From assembly GCA_944358305.1 (NCBI GenBank), contig CALVQK010000007.1, positions 8,165-72,164 of the forward strand: 64,000 nucleotides of DNA, read 5' to 3'. The notes beneath the pieces were generated by a model, which was not told the origin of the DNA, did no database searches, and saw only the letters and a list, made by a program, of their open reading frames with translations. How positions within the stretch are numbered: position 1 is the first letter of the stretch; the number at the start of each line of letters is the position of its first letter. Below are positions 20,506-31,095 of the stretch, in pieces. The translations under genes were made by a program, and so were the position numbers. The stretch is from an uncultured Bacilli bacterium. GTDB taxonomy: Bacteria > Bacillota_I > Bacilli_A > RF39 > UBA660.

Positions 20506-20662
20506 AGACATTTCCCCTTTCTAACCCCCTATTTATTAAAGTGAAAGAAAGAGGCCAAACACCCATACTAGGTATTCCTAGTAGATATAATAATATATCT
20601 GATACTATCAATCAATCAAACATGATACAAAATTTTTGTTCTATAAAAGGAAGGTAATAACG

Positions 20663-21559
20663 ATGTTAAAATTATATAAAAAATGTAATTTATGTCCTAG
20701 AAAGTGTTTAATAGATAGAACTAAAACTATAGGATATTGTAAATCTAGTGATAAAGTTAAAGTGGCAAGAAGTGCACTACACTACTTTGAAGAACCATCT
20801 ATATCTGGTACTAATGGTAGTGGTACTATCTTTTTTAGTAATTGTAATTTAAAGTGTTGTTATTGTCAGAACAAAGAAATATCAACTGATGGTTTTGGAA
20901 AAGAAATATCTATAGAAAGGCTTTCAGAAATGATGTTAGAGTTAGAGAAAAACGGTGCTAACAACATTAATCTAGTTACTCCTACTCACTATGTTCCTAG
21001 TATTATTGAAGCAATTAAAATTGCAAGAAGTAAAGGATTATCTATTCCTATCGTTTATAATACTAGTGGTTATGAGAATGTGGAAACTTTAAAGCTATTA
21101 GAAGGATATATTGATATTTATCTAACAGATTTTAAATATTTTGATAATAAGTTAGGTAAAGATTTATCAAAATGCTCTAATTATTTTGAAGTAGCTAGTA
21201 AAGCGTTAGAAGAGATGTATAGACAAACTGGTAAAAATAAGTTTAATGATAATGGATTAATGACTAAAGGTATTATTGTTAGATGTTTGGTCTTACCTAC
21301 TAAAAGTGATGATACTAAAAAAATAATAAATTATTTATATAAAAAATACCAAGATAATATTTATCTTAGTATTATGAATCAGTATACTCCAGTTAATTAC
21401 ATTAAAGATTATCCATACTTAAATAAAACTATTAGTGATGATGAATATAATAAGGTAATAGATTATGCAATAGATTTAGGAGTAAAAAATGCTTATATAC
21501 AAGAAGGTGGTACTTGTAGTGAATCGTTTATACCAGCTTTTGATCTTGAAGGAGTTTAA
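20663..21559 (+). CDS. Radical SAM protein, PflX-like
   Basis: CNLCPRKC, EEPSISG.NGSGTIFFSNCNLKCCYCQN and NINLVTPTHY motifs. Confidence 0.88.
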   Translation: MLKLYKKCNLCPRKCLIDRTKTIGYCKSSDKVKVARSALHYFEEPSISGTNGSGTIFFSNCNLKCCYCQNKEISTDGFGKEISIERLSEMMLELEKNGANNINLVTPTHYVPSIIEAIKIARSKGLSIPIVYNTSGYENVETLKLLEGYIDIYLTDFKYFDNKLGKDLSKCSNYFEVASKALEEMYRQTGKNKFNDNGLMTKGIIVRCLVLPTKSDDTKKIINYLYKKYQDNIYLSIMNQYTPVNYIKDYPYLNKTISDDEYNKVIDYAIDLGVKNAYIQEGGTCSESFIPAFDLEGV

Positions 21560-22314
21560 TATAACTTCTTTTCTTTTACTTTAGAAAGCTTACTATTTAT
21601 TTCTAAGTATATATTTTTATTATCCTTATAAAACTCTTCAAACATATCAGTATTTTCTTTAAATAAATCTAAGCTTTGCTTAAGGTTTTGTTTTACTTTT
21701 TCCATTACCTCTTCTCTTGGCTTTTTTCTTATTGTTGGCATAATAATTCCATTGTTAATATCACTTAAAATCCAAACAGGATACTTTTTATCACTATCTT
21801 CATCTTTCATAAGTGAATAACCTACTATTTCGGGAAAGTCATTATCAGTGGGATTATATAGAAACGATAAATTATCACTAGTTATATAGTTAATAAGATG
21901 ATTGCCAAATAGTCTTGGCAGGATATTTACTAGTAAAGCCATTGTCTCAGGCTTGGCATTATATTCTCTTAAATCTACATTAGCAATATAACTTTTTATA
22001 TCTTTTAGAAATAGAAAATCTCTTAAGCCAAAAGAAATATTTCTACAAACACCATAACCAGTAGAGATAACAAAGCCTAAATCATTAGGTGGTAAAAGGA
22101 AAGTAGAAGCTTTAGATTTACTATATTCAAAATGATGTTTATAAGATAAATAACCATTATCATAAGCAAAATAATATAAAGCAAGGAGTCCTCCTATTTC
22201 GTCTATATTAAAATCTTTACCAAGATTACCTAAATTATAAAGATAAGAAAAATATAAATAGAATAAATCACTTCTAATTTGACTTTTTTTATATTCTTTT
22301 ATAAAATTACTCAT
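21556..22314 (-). CDS. Hypothetical protein, transglutaminase/papain-like
   Basis: GYGVCRN, GNHLINYI and LYNPT give a putative Cys-His-Asn triad. Confidence 0.5.
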   Translation of the reverse strand: MSNFIKEYKKSQIRSDLFYLYFSYLYNLGNLGKDFNIDEIGGLLALYYFAYDNGYLSYKHHFEYSKSKASTFLLPPNDLGFVISTGYGVCRNISFGLRDFLFLKDIKSYIANVDLREYNAKPETMALLVNILPRLFGNHLINYITSDNLSFLYNPTDNDFPEIVGYSLMKDEDSDKKYPVWILSDINNGIIMPTIRKKPREEVMEKVKQNLKQSLDLFKENTDMFEEFYKDNKNIYLEINSKLSKVKEKKLY

Positions 22315-22924
22315 TTTTTAATTTTTCTAACCTTTCTACTTTAGAGTAGATACAACCACAGTAGTCTTGACGATATAAATTATAGATATGAGATAACTCT
22401 ATACTTCTTTTATAACCATTTTTCTTTTTAAAGTCAGCATATAAATAATTAATATTATATTTTTTAGATAACTCCTCACCTATTTCATTTAACCATTTAC
22501 TATTCTTATAAGGACTTATTGATAAAGTGGTAGAAAAATAATCAAAATTGTGTATTTTAGCAAGTTTTGCTGTTTCTTCAAGTCTTAAGTTATAACACTT
22601 ATAACATCTAATGTCTCCTTCAGTTAAATCTTCTAAACCACGAGACATTTCTAAAAACTTTTCTTTATCATAATTACAATCTAATAGTTTTATATCATAA
22701 CCTACAAGGTTAATAAACTTTTCTAACTCTTCTTTCCTTTTAAGATACTCTTTATAATCAGTGATATTTGGATTATAAAAAAGAATAGTTATATCAAAGT
22801 ATTCTGATATTTTCTCTAAGACTGATGATGAGCATGGTGCACAACAAGCATGTAATAATAAAGAGGGTTTGTTATTTAAATCTATATTATTTAATACTTT
22901 TTCACATTCTAAGTTATAATTCAT
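22307..22924 (-). CDS. queH: Epoxyqueuosine reductase QueH
   Basis: LLLHACCAPCS, FYNPNI, RCYKCY..RL, TTLSISPYK and YRQDYCGC motifs. Confidence 0.92.
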   Translation of the reverse strand: MNYNLECEKVLNNIDLNNKPSLLLHACCAPCSSSVLEKISEYFDITILFYNPNITDYKEYLKRKEELEKFINLVGYDIKLLDCNYDKEKFLEMSRGLEDLTEGDIRCYKCYNLRLEETAKLAKIHNFDYFSTTLSISPYKNSKWLNEIGEELSKKYNINYLYADFKKKNGYKRSIELSHIYNLYRQDYCGCIYSKVERLEKLKNE

Positions 22925-23793
22925 TCTTCTTTTCGCCTCCTTATCAATTTTAGTTTTTTCTGTTCTTCATATAGTCCATTATAAGCTTCATTAATATTGT
23001 GGTAAAGCTCTTTATTATGTAAATAAAATTCTAAAAATAGGCTGTGATTCATTTTAAATTTTTCAAGATCATGATTAACTTTAGCATCTAGTTCTAAACA
23101 TTGTTCTTTAGTAAGAGGTTTAACTTTAGAGAAATCAAATTTCTTTATACCAAACTTATTATAATTATAAAGAGGTAAAACATTACTAAGTTTAGAATTA
23201 AAATTATGAGCTAAGCCTTTATCACCATAGAATAATAACATAGTTCCAATTGTTATATCTGCAAAAAATTCTAAATCTCCATCGTTTATATAGTTAAAAG
23301 TATGATTATTTCTATTATAACATACAGGCTTATGCCAAGTTTCATTTAGAAAGCGTAATATCTGTAATAAATTGTCATCAAGGTGATCCTGATTATAGTA
23401 AGTACTTACTGTTGCATTTTTAATATTGAAATTATCAAGAATAAGTTTTCCAAAACTAGCAGTATGACGGCAACAAGCTTCCCCACTAAAAACTTTCAAA
23501 CCCATATTAAAATCTTCTTTGGTTACTATAGTACATAAATCACCATCTATTTTCTTATAAGTATAACTTCCTTTTTCAGAAACAATACCATTATGAATCA
23601 TATAACCTGTAAGTGTAATTAGAGATATACCAGATTTAACATTAAGGGTATTAGCAAAAGATGTGAAATTGTCTAAAAATATAGCAAAGTTTTTAAATAA
23701 AGATGCTTGTTTAGCATTTCCATAATAATCATCTAGATATTTTCTTTGAGCTTTTTTTAGTTTTCTTGCTTCTATTTTATCTTTTATTATCAT
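22921..23793 (-). CDS. Hypothetical protein, transglutaminase-like
   Basis: GEACCRH, NHTFNYI and FADIT give a putative Cys-His-Asp triad. Confidence 0.5.
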   Translation of the reverse strand: MIIKDKIEARKLKKAQRKYLDDYYGNAKQASLFKNFAIFLDNFTSFANTLNVKSGISLITLTGYMIHNGIVSEKGSYTYKKIDGDLCTIVTKEDFNMGLKVFSGEACCRHTASFGKLILDNFNIKNATVSTYYNQDHLDDNLLQILRFLNETWHKPVCYNRNNHTFNYINDGDLEFFADITIGTMLLFYGDKGLAHNFNSKLSNVLPLYNYNKFGIKKFDFSKVKPLTKEQCLELDAKVNHDLEKFKMNHSLFLEFYLHNKELYHNINEAYNGLYEEQKKLKLIRRRKEE

Positions 23794-23934
23794 GATACTC
23801 TCCCCTTTGTTGTAGTGATTATTTTAACACAAATCTCATATGACATCAATTAAAAAGCAGTATATATTATTTGTTTATAATTGAAAAATATTTAAAGTAA
23901 TATTATAATACAACAAATAAAGGAGTTAGTAATT

Positions 23935-24456
23935 ATGAGAGTTATCTTTTTAGATGTAGATGGAGTTTTAAATAATTTAGAATTTTTAAAAAAGAGACAG
24001 AAATTACTTAGAGTTTATAAAGATATGTATTTACCAAGACTAGATGACAATAATTTTATAGTTTTAAAAGAGCTTGTAGATAAAACTGAGGCTAAATTAG
24101 TTTTATCATCTAGTTGGCGTATGTTTTTTAATGAAGATTTAAGCCCTAATGATAATTCCTTTGATAGTCCTGGAAGAAATTTAATAGAAAAACTTAATAG
24201 TTATGGACTTTCTCTAGATGGTAGAACTGAACTTAAAGGTAGGCATGAAGGTTATTTAAGAGGAGACTTTATTAGAGACTATTTAGAAGAGCATCCTTTG
24301 ATAGATAGTTTTGTCATTCTTGATGATGATAATGATATGAGAGAATTTACAGATACTAATTTAATAAGGACAGACTCTCTTAAAGGATTAACTCGGGATG
24401 ATATTATGAAAGCTGAAACTATTTTTAAAAAACAAGAAAAATCTAAAAGATTGTAA
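23935..24456 (+). CDS. HAD domain protein (Swiss-army-knife RNA-repair-like HAD)
   Basis: IFLDVDGVLN, VLSSSWR and FVILDDD motifs. Confidence 0.85.
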   Translation: MRVIFLDVDGVLNNLEFLKKRQKLLRVYKDMYLPRLDDNNFIVLKELVDKTEAKLVLSSSWRMFFNEDLSPNDNSFDSPGRNLIEKLNSYGLSLDGRTELKGRHEGYLRGDFIRDYLEEHPLIDSFVILDDDNDMREFTDTNLIRTDSLKGLTRDDIMKAETIFKKQEKSKRL

Positions 24457-24496
24457 TATTATTTATTCTTTTAGCATATCTATTACTGGTGATATT

Positions 24497-25261
24497 ATGG
24501 CTAGTTTTAGTTATGCTTTTATTTTGTCTACTTTAGCGGGATTATCTACTTTAATTGGCTTTGTTCCTTTACTTTTTAATTTAAAGAATGAAAAGACTAT
24601 TATTATGGCTTCTTTGGCTTTTGCTAGTGGAGTAATGATTTGTGTATCGATAACTGATCTAATACCAGAATCTTTTAATTTACTAACATCTATTTTTAAA
24701 GCCTTCCCTGCCCTTTTATTTTTATTAATATTTATATCTCTTGGAGTTATAATATCAATGTTAATAGATAAATTCTTACCTAAAAGTGAAAATAAAAATG
24801 TAAGTAATAAAAAACTATATAGGCTTGGTCTTGTATCTATGCTTGCTATTATTATGCATAATATTCCTGAAGGGGTTGCTACTTTTCTTTCTAGTTCTAC
24901 TAATGAGAGTTTAGGATTATCACTTGCTCTTGCCATTAGTTTTCATAATATTCCAGAAGGAATAAGTATTGCTATACCAATTTACTTTAGTACTAAATCA
25001 AAATTTAAAGCCTTTATTTATACTTTAATATCTGGTTTATCTGAGCCTCTTGGCGCTATATTAGCTTACTTTTTTCTTGCAAGTATTATTAATAACTTTA
25101 TTATGAGTATAATTTTGTCAATAATCTCAGGTATTATGATACATATTAGTATTTATGAGTTATTAAGTGAATCATTAAGTTATAAAAGACGTAACTTTAC
25201 TTTTGTTTTCTTTGGTGTTGGTTTTATTTTTATGTTAATTTCACATTTCTTACTAGGATAA
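24497..25261 (+). CDS. ZIP family metal transporter (ZupT-like)
   Basis: Two HNIPEG motifs, multiple TM helices. Confidence 0.92.
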   Translation: MASFSYAFILSTLAGLSTLIGFVPLLFNLKNEKTIIMASLAFASGVMICVSITDLIPESFNLLTSIFKAFPALLFLLIFISLGVIISMLIDKFLPKSENKNVSNKKLYRLGLVSMLAIIMHNIPEGVATFLSSSTNESLGLSLALAISFHNIPEGISIAIPIYFSTKSKFKAFIYTLISGLSEPLGAILAYFFLASIINNFIMSIILSIISGIMIHISIYELLSESLSYKRRNFTFVFFGVGFIFMLISHFLLG

Positions 25262-25311
25262 TTTTAGGTTATGTTTGATATGAGGCAAATTTTATAGTAC
25301 AATATTTTTAG

Positions 25312-25545
25312 GTGTTAAATATGAAGAGAATCTTAATTAAATTAATTCGTCTTTATCAAAAGATGCCACTAGCAAGTCATGGGGCTTGTCATTTTTATCC
25401 AACTTGTTCTAATTATATGATTGAAGCGATAGAAGAATATGGTTCTATTAAAGGATGTTTTCTTGGCTTTAAAAGAATATTAAGATGTCATCCAGGAGCA
25501 AGATATGGATATGATCCAGTTATTAGAAATGAGGGAAAAGAATGA
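25312..25545 (+). CDS. yidD: Membrane protein insertion efficiency factor YidD
   Basis: CHFYPTCSNY and RILRCHP..GYDPV motifs. Confidence 0.92.
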   Translation: MLNMKRILIKLIRLYQKMPLASHGACHFYPTCSNYMIEAIEEYGSIKGCFLGFKRILRCHPGARYGYDPVIRNEGKE

Positions 25546-26432
25546 AAAGAAGTGTTAAAAAAATAGGAAAAATTGCTTTTCTTAGTGTTGCTATAATGCT
25601 TAGTGCAACGGGTTGTAAAAGTGATGATATGGAAGATATTGAAATATATGCTACTAATTATCCTAACGAATATATTATTGAAAGACTTTATGGCGATCAT
25701 GCTAAAATAAGTAATATCTATCCTGATAGCGTTGATGTTAATGATTATGATTTTACTAATAAACAAAAAAGAGACTTTGCTAGTAAAGATTTATTTATCT
25801 ATACTGGTTTAGTGGAAAGAGAAAGAGAACTTACTGTGGATTTATTAGATTATAATAATGATCTACGAATAATTGATAGTTCATATGTCCTTGATAATGA
25901 TTATAATATGGAAGAAGTTTGGTTAGATCCATCATTTATGTTAATGATGAGTCAAAATGTTAGAATTGGATTAGATGAATATATTGAAAATAATTACTTG
26001 AAAGAGGAAATTGATGAAAACTATGAAGATTTAAAAGTAGACATTTCAGAGTTAGATGCTAATATTAGATTAACTGTTGAAAATGCTCCTTATAAAACTA
26101 TAGTTGCTACTGATAATAATTATAGATTTTTAGAAAAGTATGGATTAACAGTATATATATTAAATGATGATACTAGTGAAAAAGATTTAGTTACTATTAA
26201 TAATTTAATAGAAGAAGGATCTATTACAAAAATATTTAGTTACGAAGATATAGAAACTACTACTAATGTACAAAATTTAATTAATACTTATCCTAATAGT
26301 TTAGAAATAGTTAATTCTAATAGAATAACAGTTTTGACAGAATCAGAAAGAGAAACTAATGCAGATTATATAACTTTGATGAATCAAAATTTAGATATTC
26401 TTAATGAAGAATTATATCATAGTAATAGTTAG
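25542..26432 (+). CDS. Metal ABC transporter substrate-binding lipoprotein (ZnuA/AdcA-like)
   Basis: Lipobox ATGC, IYATNYP, DLFIYTG and VWLDP; the usual His ligands are not evident. Confidence 0.7.
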   Translation: MKRSVKKIGKIAFLSVAIMLSATGCKSDDMEDIEIYATNYPNEYIIERLYGDHAKISNIYPDSVDVNDYDFTNKQKRDFASKDLFIYTGLVERERELTVDLLDYNNDLRIIDSSYVLDNDYNMEEVWLDPSFMLMMSQNVRIGLDEYIENNYLKEEIDENYEDLKVDISELDANIRLTVENAPYKTIVATDNNYRFLEKYGLTVYILNDDTSEKDLVTINNLIEEGSITKIFSYEDIETTTNVQNLINTYPNSLEIVNSNRITVLTESERETNADYITLMNQNLDILNEELYHSNS

Positions 26433-26443
26433 GTCAGTTTAAG

Positions 26444-27574
26444 ATGAAAAAAAGCTTTAAAATTTTATATGTTGTTAATCTAGCTTTAATTATAATTTGT
26501 TTTGTTTTTAATTTATTTAGTGTGTTTTCTGAAAGTTTAGGGTCATATTTGTTACTAACAATTTTTACAATTTTAATTATAATATTAACTCTTATAATGT
26601 TAGTTATATGTATAATTATGGGGATAATTAATATTAAACAAAATATGATTATTAAGAAAAAGATTATTTTTATGTTATTTATTTTGGTATTGTTATTATT
26701 TACAAGTATTTTGGCACCACAGTTTATTAAAAATGTCTATAATTCATTTATAAAAAAAGATTTAGAAGATATTTCTACAATATTAGTAAAAGAAGTAAAA
26801 CAAGAGTCTCTAAACAAATATGTTTATTTTTATAATGACTTAGCAAACTATTATAGCAATATTAATAATACTGATATAAAAGAAAACTCATATATAACTA
26901 ATTATGAAGATAAAGTATATATTTGTTTATCAAATGGTAAACATAAATTAGAAGGATATGAAGATGATCTAAAATTAAAAAAGATTAATTCTTTTAATAA
27001 AGATTGTAACTATGAATTTTCTTCTGTTTATCTAGAAGATGGTTCATATAAAGCAGATGGAGAGACATATTTAAAAGCATATCTTGAAAATAAATATAAT
27101 ATTAGAATTTCTGATGTGAAAGTTAATTATGAGTGTGGTTTATTTGAATGTAATATTGATGATTATGATGTAACTACAGCAGATGTAATTTTCAAAGCTA
27201 ATGCTGATGTTAAAAATAATAATATTATAGTTACTGATAATTATTATGAAACTATAAATAATTTGAATGATAAAGATAAAGTTATTTATAGCATTAATAA
27301 TTATACACTCAATTATTTAAATGCTGATAGCATAACTATACATACTAGTATATATGAGATATATTGGTTAAACGATTCACAAATTATAATTAGTACAACA
27401 TATAGTAAAGATGATGCATATAAATATTTACAAAGTTTAGGAGAATATTTAAAAAATAATGATATTGATTGTAATATCATTATAAATAGAAAGATCATTG
27501 AAAATAATACTGTTGGTATAGATTATGCAATGAATTTAATAGTAAGTGATAATAATTTTGTGATAAATGAATAA
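26444..27574 (+). CDS. Hypothetical membrane protein
   Basis: Three N-terminal TM helices followed by an Asn/Tyr-rich domain. Confidence 0.6.
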   Translation: MKKSFKILYVVNLALIIICFVFNLFSVFSESLGSYLLLTIFTILIIILTLIMLVICIIMGIINIKQNMIIKKKIIFMLFILVLLLFTSILAPQFIKNVYNSFIKKDLEDISTILVKEVKQESLNKYVYFYNDLANYYSNINNTDIKENSYITNYEDKVYICLSNGKHKLEGYEDDLKLKKINSFNKDCNYEFSSVYLEDGSYKADGETYLKAYLENKYNIRISDVKVNYECGLFECNIDDYDVTTADVIFKANADVKNNNIIVTDNYYETINNLNDKDKVIYSINNYTLNYLNADSITIHTSIYEIYWLNDSQIIISTTYSKDDAYKYLQSLGEYLKNNDIDCNIIINRKIIENNTVGIDYAMNLIVSDNNFVINE

Positions 27575-27629
27575 AGTGTATGACTACAAAAGTTCATACA
27601 CTTTTTATTTTTTTCATTTTATGTTTATA

Positions 27630-28667
27630 CTAAAATAATCTCAATATATCATAGAATGTTACATAAATCATTAAGAGCATTAACAAGAATAAGCCAACAG
27701 CATGAAACTTAGCTTCGGTTTCAGGCTTTACAGGACTACCTTTAATCTTTTCTATAATTATAAATAAGATATGACCACCATCAAAAGCTGGTAATGGTAA
27801 AAGATTGATAAAGCCAACATTTATTGATAGAAATGAGAATAAATATAACAAACTAGCTAGCCCACCACTTGCTTGAGCACCAACTACTTCATAGATACCT
27901 ACAGGACCACTTAATTGGCTTAATCTAATTCCTCCTGTAAATAGATTTAAAACAGTAACCCACATTTGTTTAAATAAAGAGCCTGTTTTTGTAATCGTAT
28001 AATCTATAGCGGCTAGAAAGCCATGTTCTTCTTCTCCTTGCATTCCTATACCATAAATATAACTAGTATCTCCATCATCAGTTTTTACTTTTTCTGGTTT
28101 TATATTATAAGTTTCAACATCGCCATTTTCTTTTTTTATAACAAATTCATTTTCTTCTTCAGGATCAGAAATAGTTATATATAATGATATATCATCTATA
28201 GTCCAAATATCATGACCATTAATTTCTAATATTTCATCTCCAGCCCTAAGTCCTGCATCATAGGCAGGGCTACCCTTCTCTACACTAGATAGAATTGGTT
28301 CTGTCGAAGTTGCGCCCCATATTATAGCGATAAAAAATAAAACTAAAATTGCAGAGATAAAATTAAAGCCAGCTCCAAAGAACATTACTAGAAACTTTTG
28401 CCAAGGTTTCTTACCCGGTAAAGTTCGGTCCTTCGGTAAGTTTTCATCTTCTCCTTCTTCTCCGGCTAATTGACAAAAACCACCAATTGGTATGGCTCTT
28501 AGAGAATATTCCGTTTCACCTTTTTTAAAACTAAATAATTTAGGTCCCATACCAAGAGCGAATTCATAGACATAAATACCTGTTAATTTGGCAAATAAGA
28601 AGTGTCCTCCTTCGTGAATAAAGATAATTGAACCTAGTAAGATTATGAATAATATTAATGTAACCAT
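27630..28667 (-). CDS. rseP: RIP metalloprotease RseP
   Basis: HEGGH, PDZ domain and NLLPLPAFDGG. Confidence 0.93.
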   Translation of the reverse strand: MVTLILFIILLGSIIFIHEGGHFLFAKLTGIYVYEFALGMGPKLFSFKKGETEYSLRAIPIGGFCQLAGEEGEDENLPKDRTLPGKKPWQKFLVMFFGAGFNFISAILVLFFIAIIWGATSTEPILSSVEKGSPAYDAGLRAGDEILEINGHDIWTIDDISLYITISDPEEENEFVIKKENGDVETYNIKPEKVKTDDGDTSYIYGIGMQGEEEHGFLAAIDYTITKTGSLFKQMWVTVLNLFTGGIRLSQLSGPVGIYEVVGAQASGGLASLLYLFSFLSINVGFINLLPLPAFDGGHILFIIIEKIKGSPVKPETEAKFHAVGLFLLMLLMIYVTFYDILRLF

Positions 28668-28677
28668 GAAGTTCCTC

Positions 28678-29499
28678 CTAAATCAATCCCATTACTAATA
28701 TAAATGCTAAAATAACAAAAATTAGACTATCAAAACGATCTAATATACCTCCATGACCTGGTATTAAATTTGAGAAATCTTTAACATCATATGTTCTCTT
28801 GATGCTTGAGAATACTAAGTCTCCAAGTTGTCCTACAACGGCTAAGAAAAAAGTTGTAAGAATTAAAATTGCTAAAGATATATTTGGATCTATTACGGTA
28901 AAATAAAAGGTAGTAGCGACAAATGTTCCCATTAAAACTCCACCAACAAAGCCTTCGACTGTTTTATGAGGGCTAATGGTTGGTGCAAGTTTTGTTTTAC
29001 CTATATACATACCTGTTATAAGGGCAAAAGTATCGGTTATAACTGTTATAAGTAATAGATAAATCAAATAATCTAAACTATAATTTCTAACTACTAATAT
29101 TAAATTAAAAGCTATATTAATAAAAAGAAGAGATCCAACTAAATAAAGCGCATCATTAATATCATAGTTCATCTTTTTCTTATCATTTAATAAAATTGGT
29201 AATAAGAAAATTAAAACTATAAAACTTATTAATTGATAACTCATAGTGTAACTAAATATATTTTGATTATAAGTTAGAACACTAGAAAAAATAACTAATA
29301 AATAAGATGCAACTTTTACTAATGGAGGAAACTTTTTCTTTTTCTCTCTTATTGTCATTAATTCATGCATAGATGCTACAGCAAGTAAGGTCATGAGAAT
29401 TGCAAAAGGTATACCTCCTATCAATAATAAAGGTACAAAAATTAAAATCATAATAACAGCACTTAAGATACGTTTTTTCATAAACACCATATCCTCCAA
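28678..29499 (-). CDS. cdsA: Phosphatidate cytidylyltransferase
   Basis: ISPHKTVEG and KDFSNLIPGHGGILDRFDS motifs. Confidence 0.93.
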   Translation of the reverse strand: MEDMVFMKKRILSAVIMILIFVPLLLIGGIPFAILMTLLAVASMHELMTIREKKKKFPPLVKVASYLLVIFSSVLTYNQNIFSYTMSYQLISFIVLIFLLPILLNDKKKMNYDINDALYLVGSLLFINIAFNLILVVRNYSLDYLIYLLLITVITDTFALITGMYIGKTKLAPTISPHKTVEGFVGGVLMGTFVATTFYFTVIDPNISLAILILTTFFLAVVGQLGDLVFSSIKRTYDVKDFSNLIPGHGGILDRFDSLIFVILAFILVMGLI

Positions 29500-29549
29500 T
29501 CTTATATTAAGTATAATATAAATTTAGTTTTTATACAAGTTTTTAGTAA

Positions 29550-30467
29550 TTAAAGATCTTTTATTTTTCTTTTTACCATAGCATTTTTTAAAAAATCAGT
29601 ATGTTCTTCTAAAGTATAATCTTTATGACTAAAAAAAGCTTCTTTAAATAAGGCATATCCTAAATGATGAGAATAATCTTTAGGAGGAAAATAAGATTCT
29701 TTATAGTATTTAATTAGACCTTCTTGTGCTATAGGATTTAACTTAGGTAAGTCTATATCACTATTTATTAGAGAACAGATATGGCTATAAAACATCTCTT
29801 CTTTTATTTCTTCTTCTGTTCTTGATAATGCTAAATTTAAATCAGATGAAGAGACAACTTTATTTTTAAAAAGATAAAGAGCAAATAAAGCTTCATTATA
29901 ATAAGCAAGCATCTCTGTAATTATATCAGTATCATTTTTGAATTCTTCTCCTAATTTATAATAATGAATTTTATGAGTATATTCATGGACTGCGTTTAAT
30001 ATTGTTTCTAAAGTATTTAAATCTAATAAATGTATTTGCCAGTAATCTTCATAGATAGGATAAAAAAAGACACCAAAACTTTCTAATAATTTAAGACATT
30101 CTTCTGTTGAAATATTAACACGACTTTTCATAATTCCTTCTATATTCATGGTTTCACTATATTCTATGAATTCTAATAATTGTTCTCTTGAATAAATCAA
30201 TATTCTTGTATCTATACTTTCTATAAATTCAGAATCTCCATAGTATTTTTTGAAGAATTCATCTATTAGACTGTAAAATTCTTCTTTATTAATAGCTCTT
30301 AAAGGGCCCATTATAGGACTATTAAACGTTAAATATCTAAGGTGTTCTTCTATATAGTCACTATTTTCTTTAAAGAATTTATCATTATTTAAATCTTTAT
30401 AATTCCTTTTAATATATCTAACTATGGCTCTATTCATTTTTATCCCCCTATATGGAAAAAGAATCAC
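29550..30467 (-). CDS. Hypothetical zinc metallopeptidase-like protein
   Basis: AVHEYTH with downstream ITEMLA (gluzincin-like). Confidence 0.5.
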   Translation of the reverse strand: MILFPYRGIKMNRAIVRYIKRNYKDLNNDKFFKENSDYIEEHLRYLTFNSPIMGPLRAINKEEFYSLIDEFFKKYYGDSEFIESIDTRILIYSREQLLEFIEYSETMNIEGIMKSRVNISTEECLKLLESFGVFFYPIYEDYWQIHLLDLNTLETILNAVHEYTHKIHYYKLGEEFKNDTDIITEMLAYYNEALFALYLFKNKVVSSSDLNLALSRTEEEIKEEMFYSHICSLINSDIDLPKLNPIAQEGLIKYYKESYFPPKDYSHHLGYALFKEAFFSHKDYTLEEHTDFLKNAMVKRKIKDL

Positions 30468-30479
30468 TAAACAGTGATT

Positions 30480-30728
30480 CTAAAACTTGTCAATGTTGAT
30501 TTTTACAAATTTACCATCTTTTAGAGAGCTACTAGCTTGAATTAGGGTTCTAATAGCATTAGCTGTCCTACCATTCTTACCAATAACTCTACCAATATCA
30601 GATTCTGAAACTAATACTTCTATAATAATTTCTTTATCGTTTTCACTAGGAAATTCTTTTACAGAAACAGCTTCTTCATCTTTAACAATATTTTTAATTA
30701 TTTTCTCTGTTAATTCTACTAAAGTCAT
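30480..30728 (-). CDS. khpA: KH domain RNA-binding protein KhpA
   Basis: DIGRVIGKNGRTANAIRT; follows rpsP. Confidence 0.92.
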   Translation of the reverse strand: MTLVELTEKIIKNIVKDEEAVSVKEFPSENDKEIIIEVLVSESDIGRVIGKNGRTANAIRTLIQASSSLKDGKFVKINIDKF

Positions 30729-31009
30729 TATTTTGTTTCCTTTTTATCTTTAGATTCAGCGAATTTTTTCATAATACCTGCATCTTTAAATAGACTTCTA
30801 ACAGTATCAGATGGAATAGCTCCATTATTTAACCATTTAAGAGCAACTTCTTCATTGATTTTAACATCTTTTTCACTATTAATTGGATTATAAGTGCCAA
30901 TTAATTCTAGATATTCTCCATCTCTTCTACTTCTTGAGTCTGTTGCAACGATACGATAAAATGGTCTTTTCTTAGCTCCCATTCTCATTAATCTTAATTT
31001 TACTGCCAT
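30728..31009 (-). CDS. rpsP: 30S ribosomal protein S16
   Basis: [21 protein letters not shown]. Confidence 0.97.
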   Translation of the reverse strand: MAVKLRLMRMGAKKRPFYRIVATDSRSRRDGEYLELIGTYNPINSEKDVKINEEVALKWLNNGAIPSDTVRSLFKDAGIMKKFAESKDKKETK

Positions 31010-31095
31010 AATAATAGCTCCTTTCTTTTTACTGTTATAATTATACACAAACAAATAAAGACTGTCAACCTTTTTTTATTGACAGTCTCTAGGAA

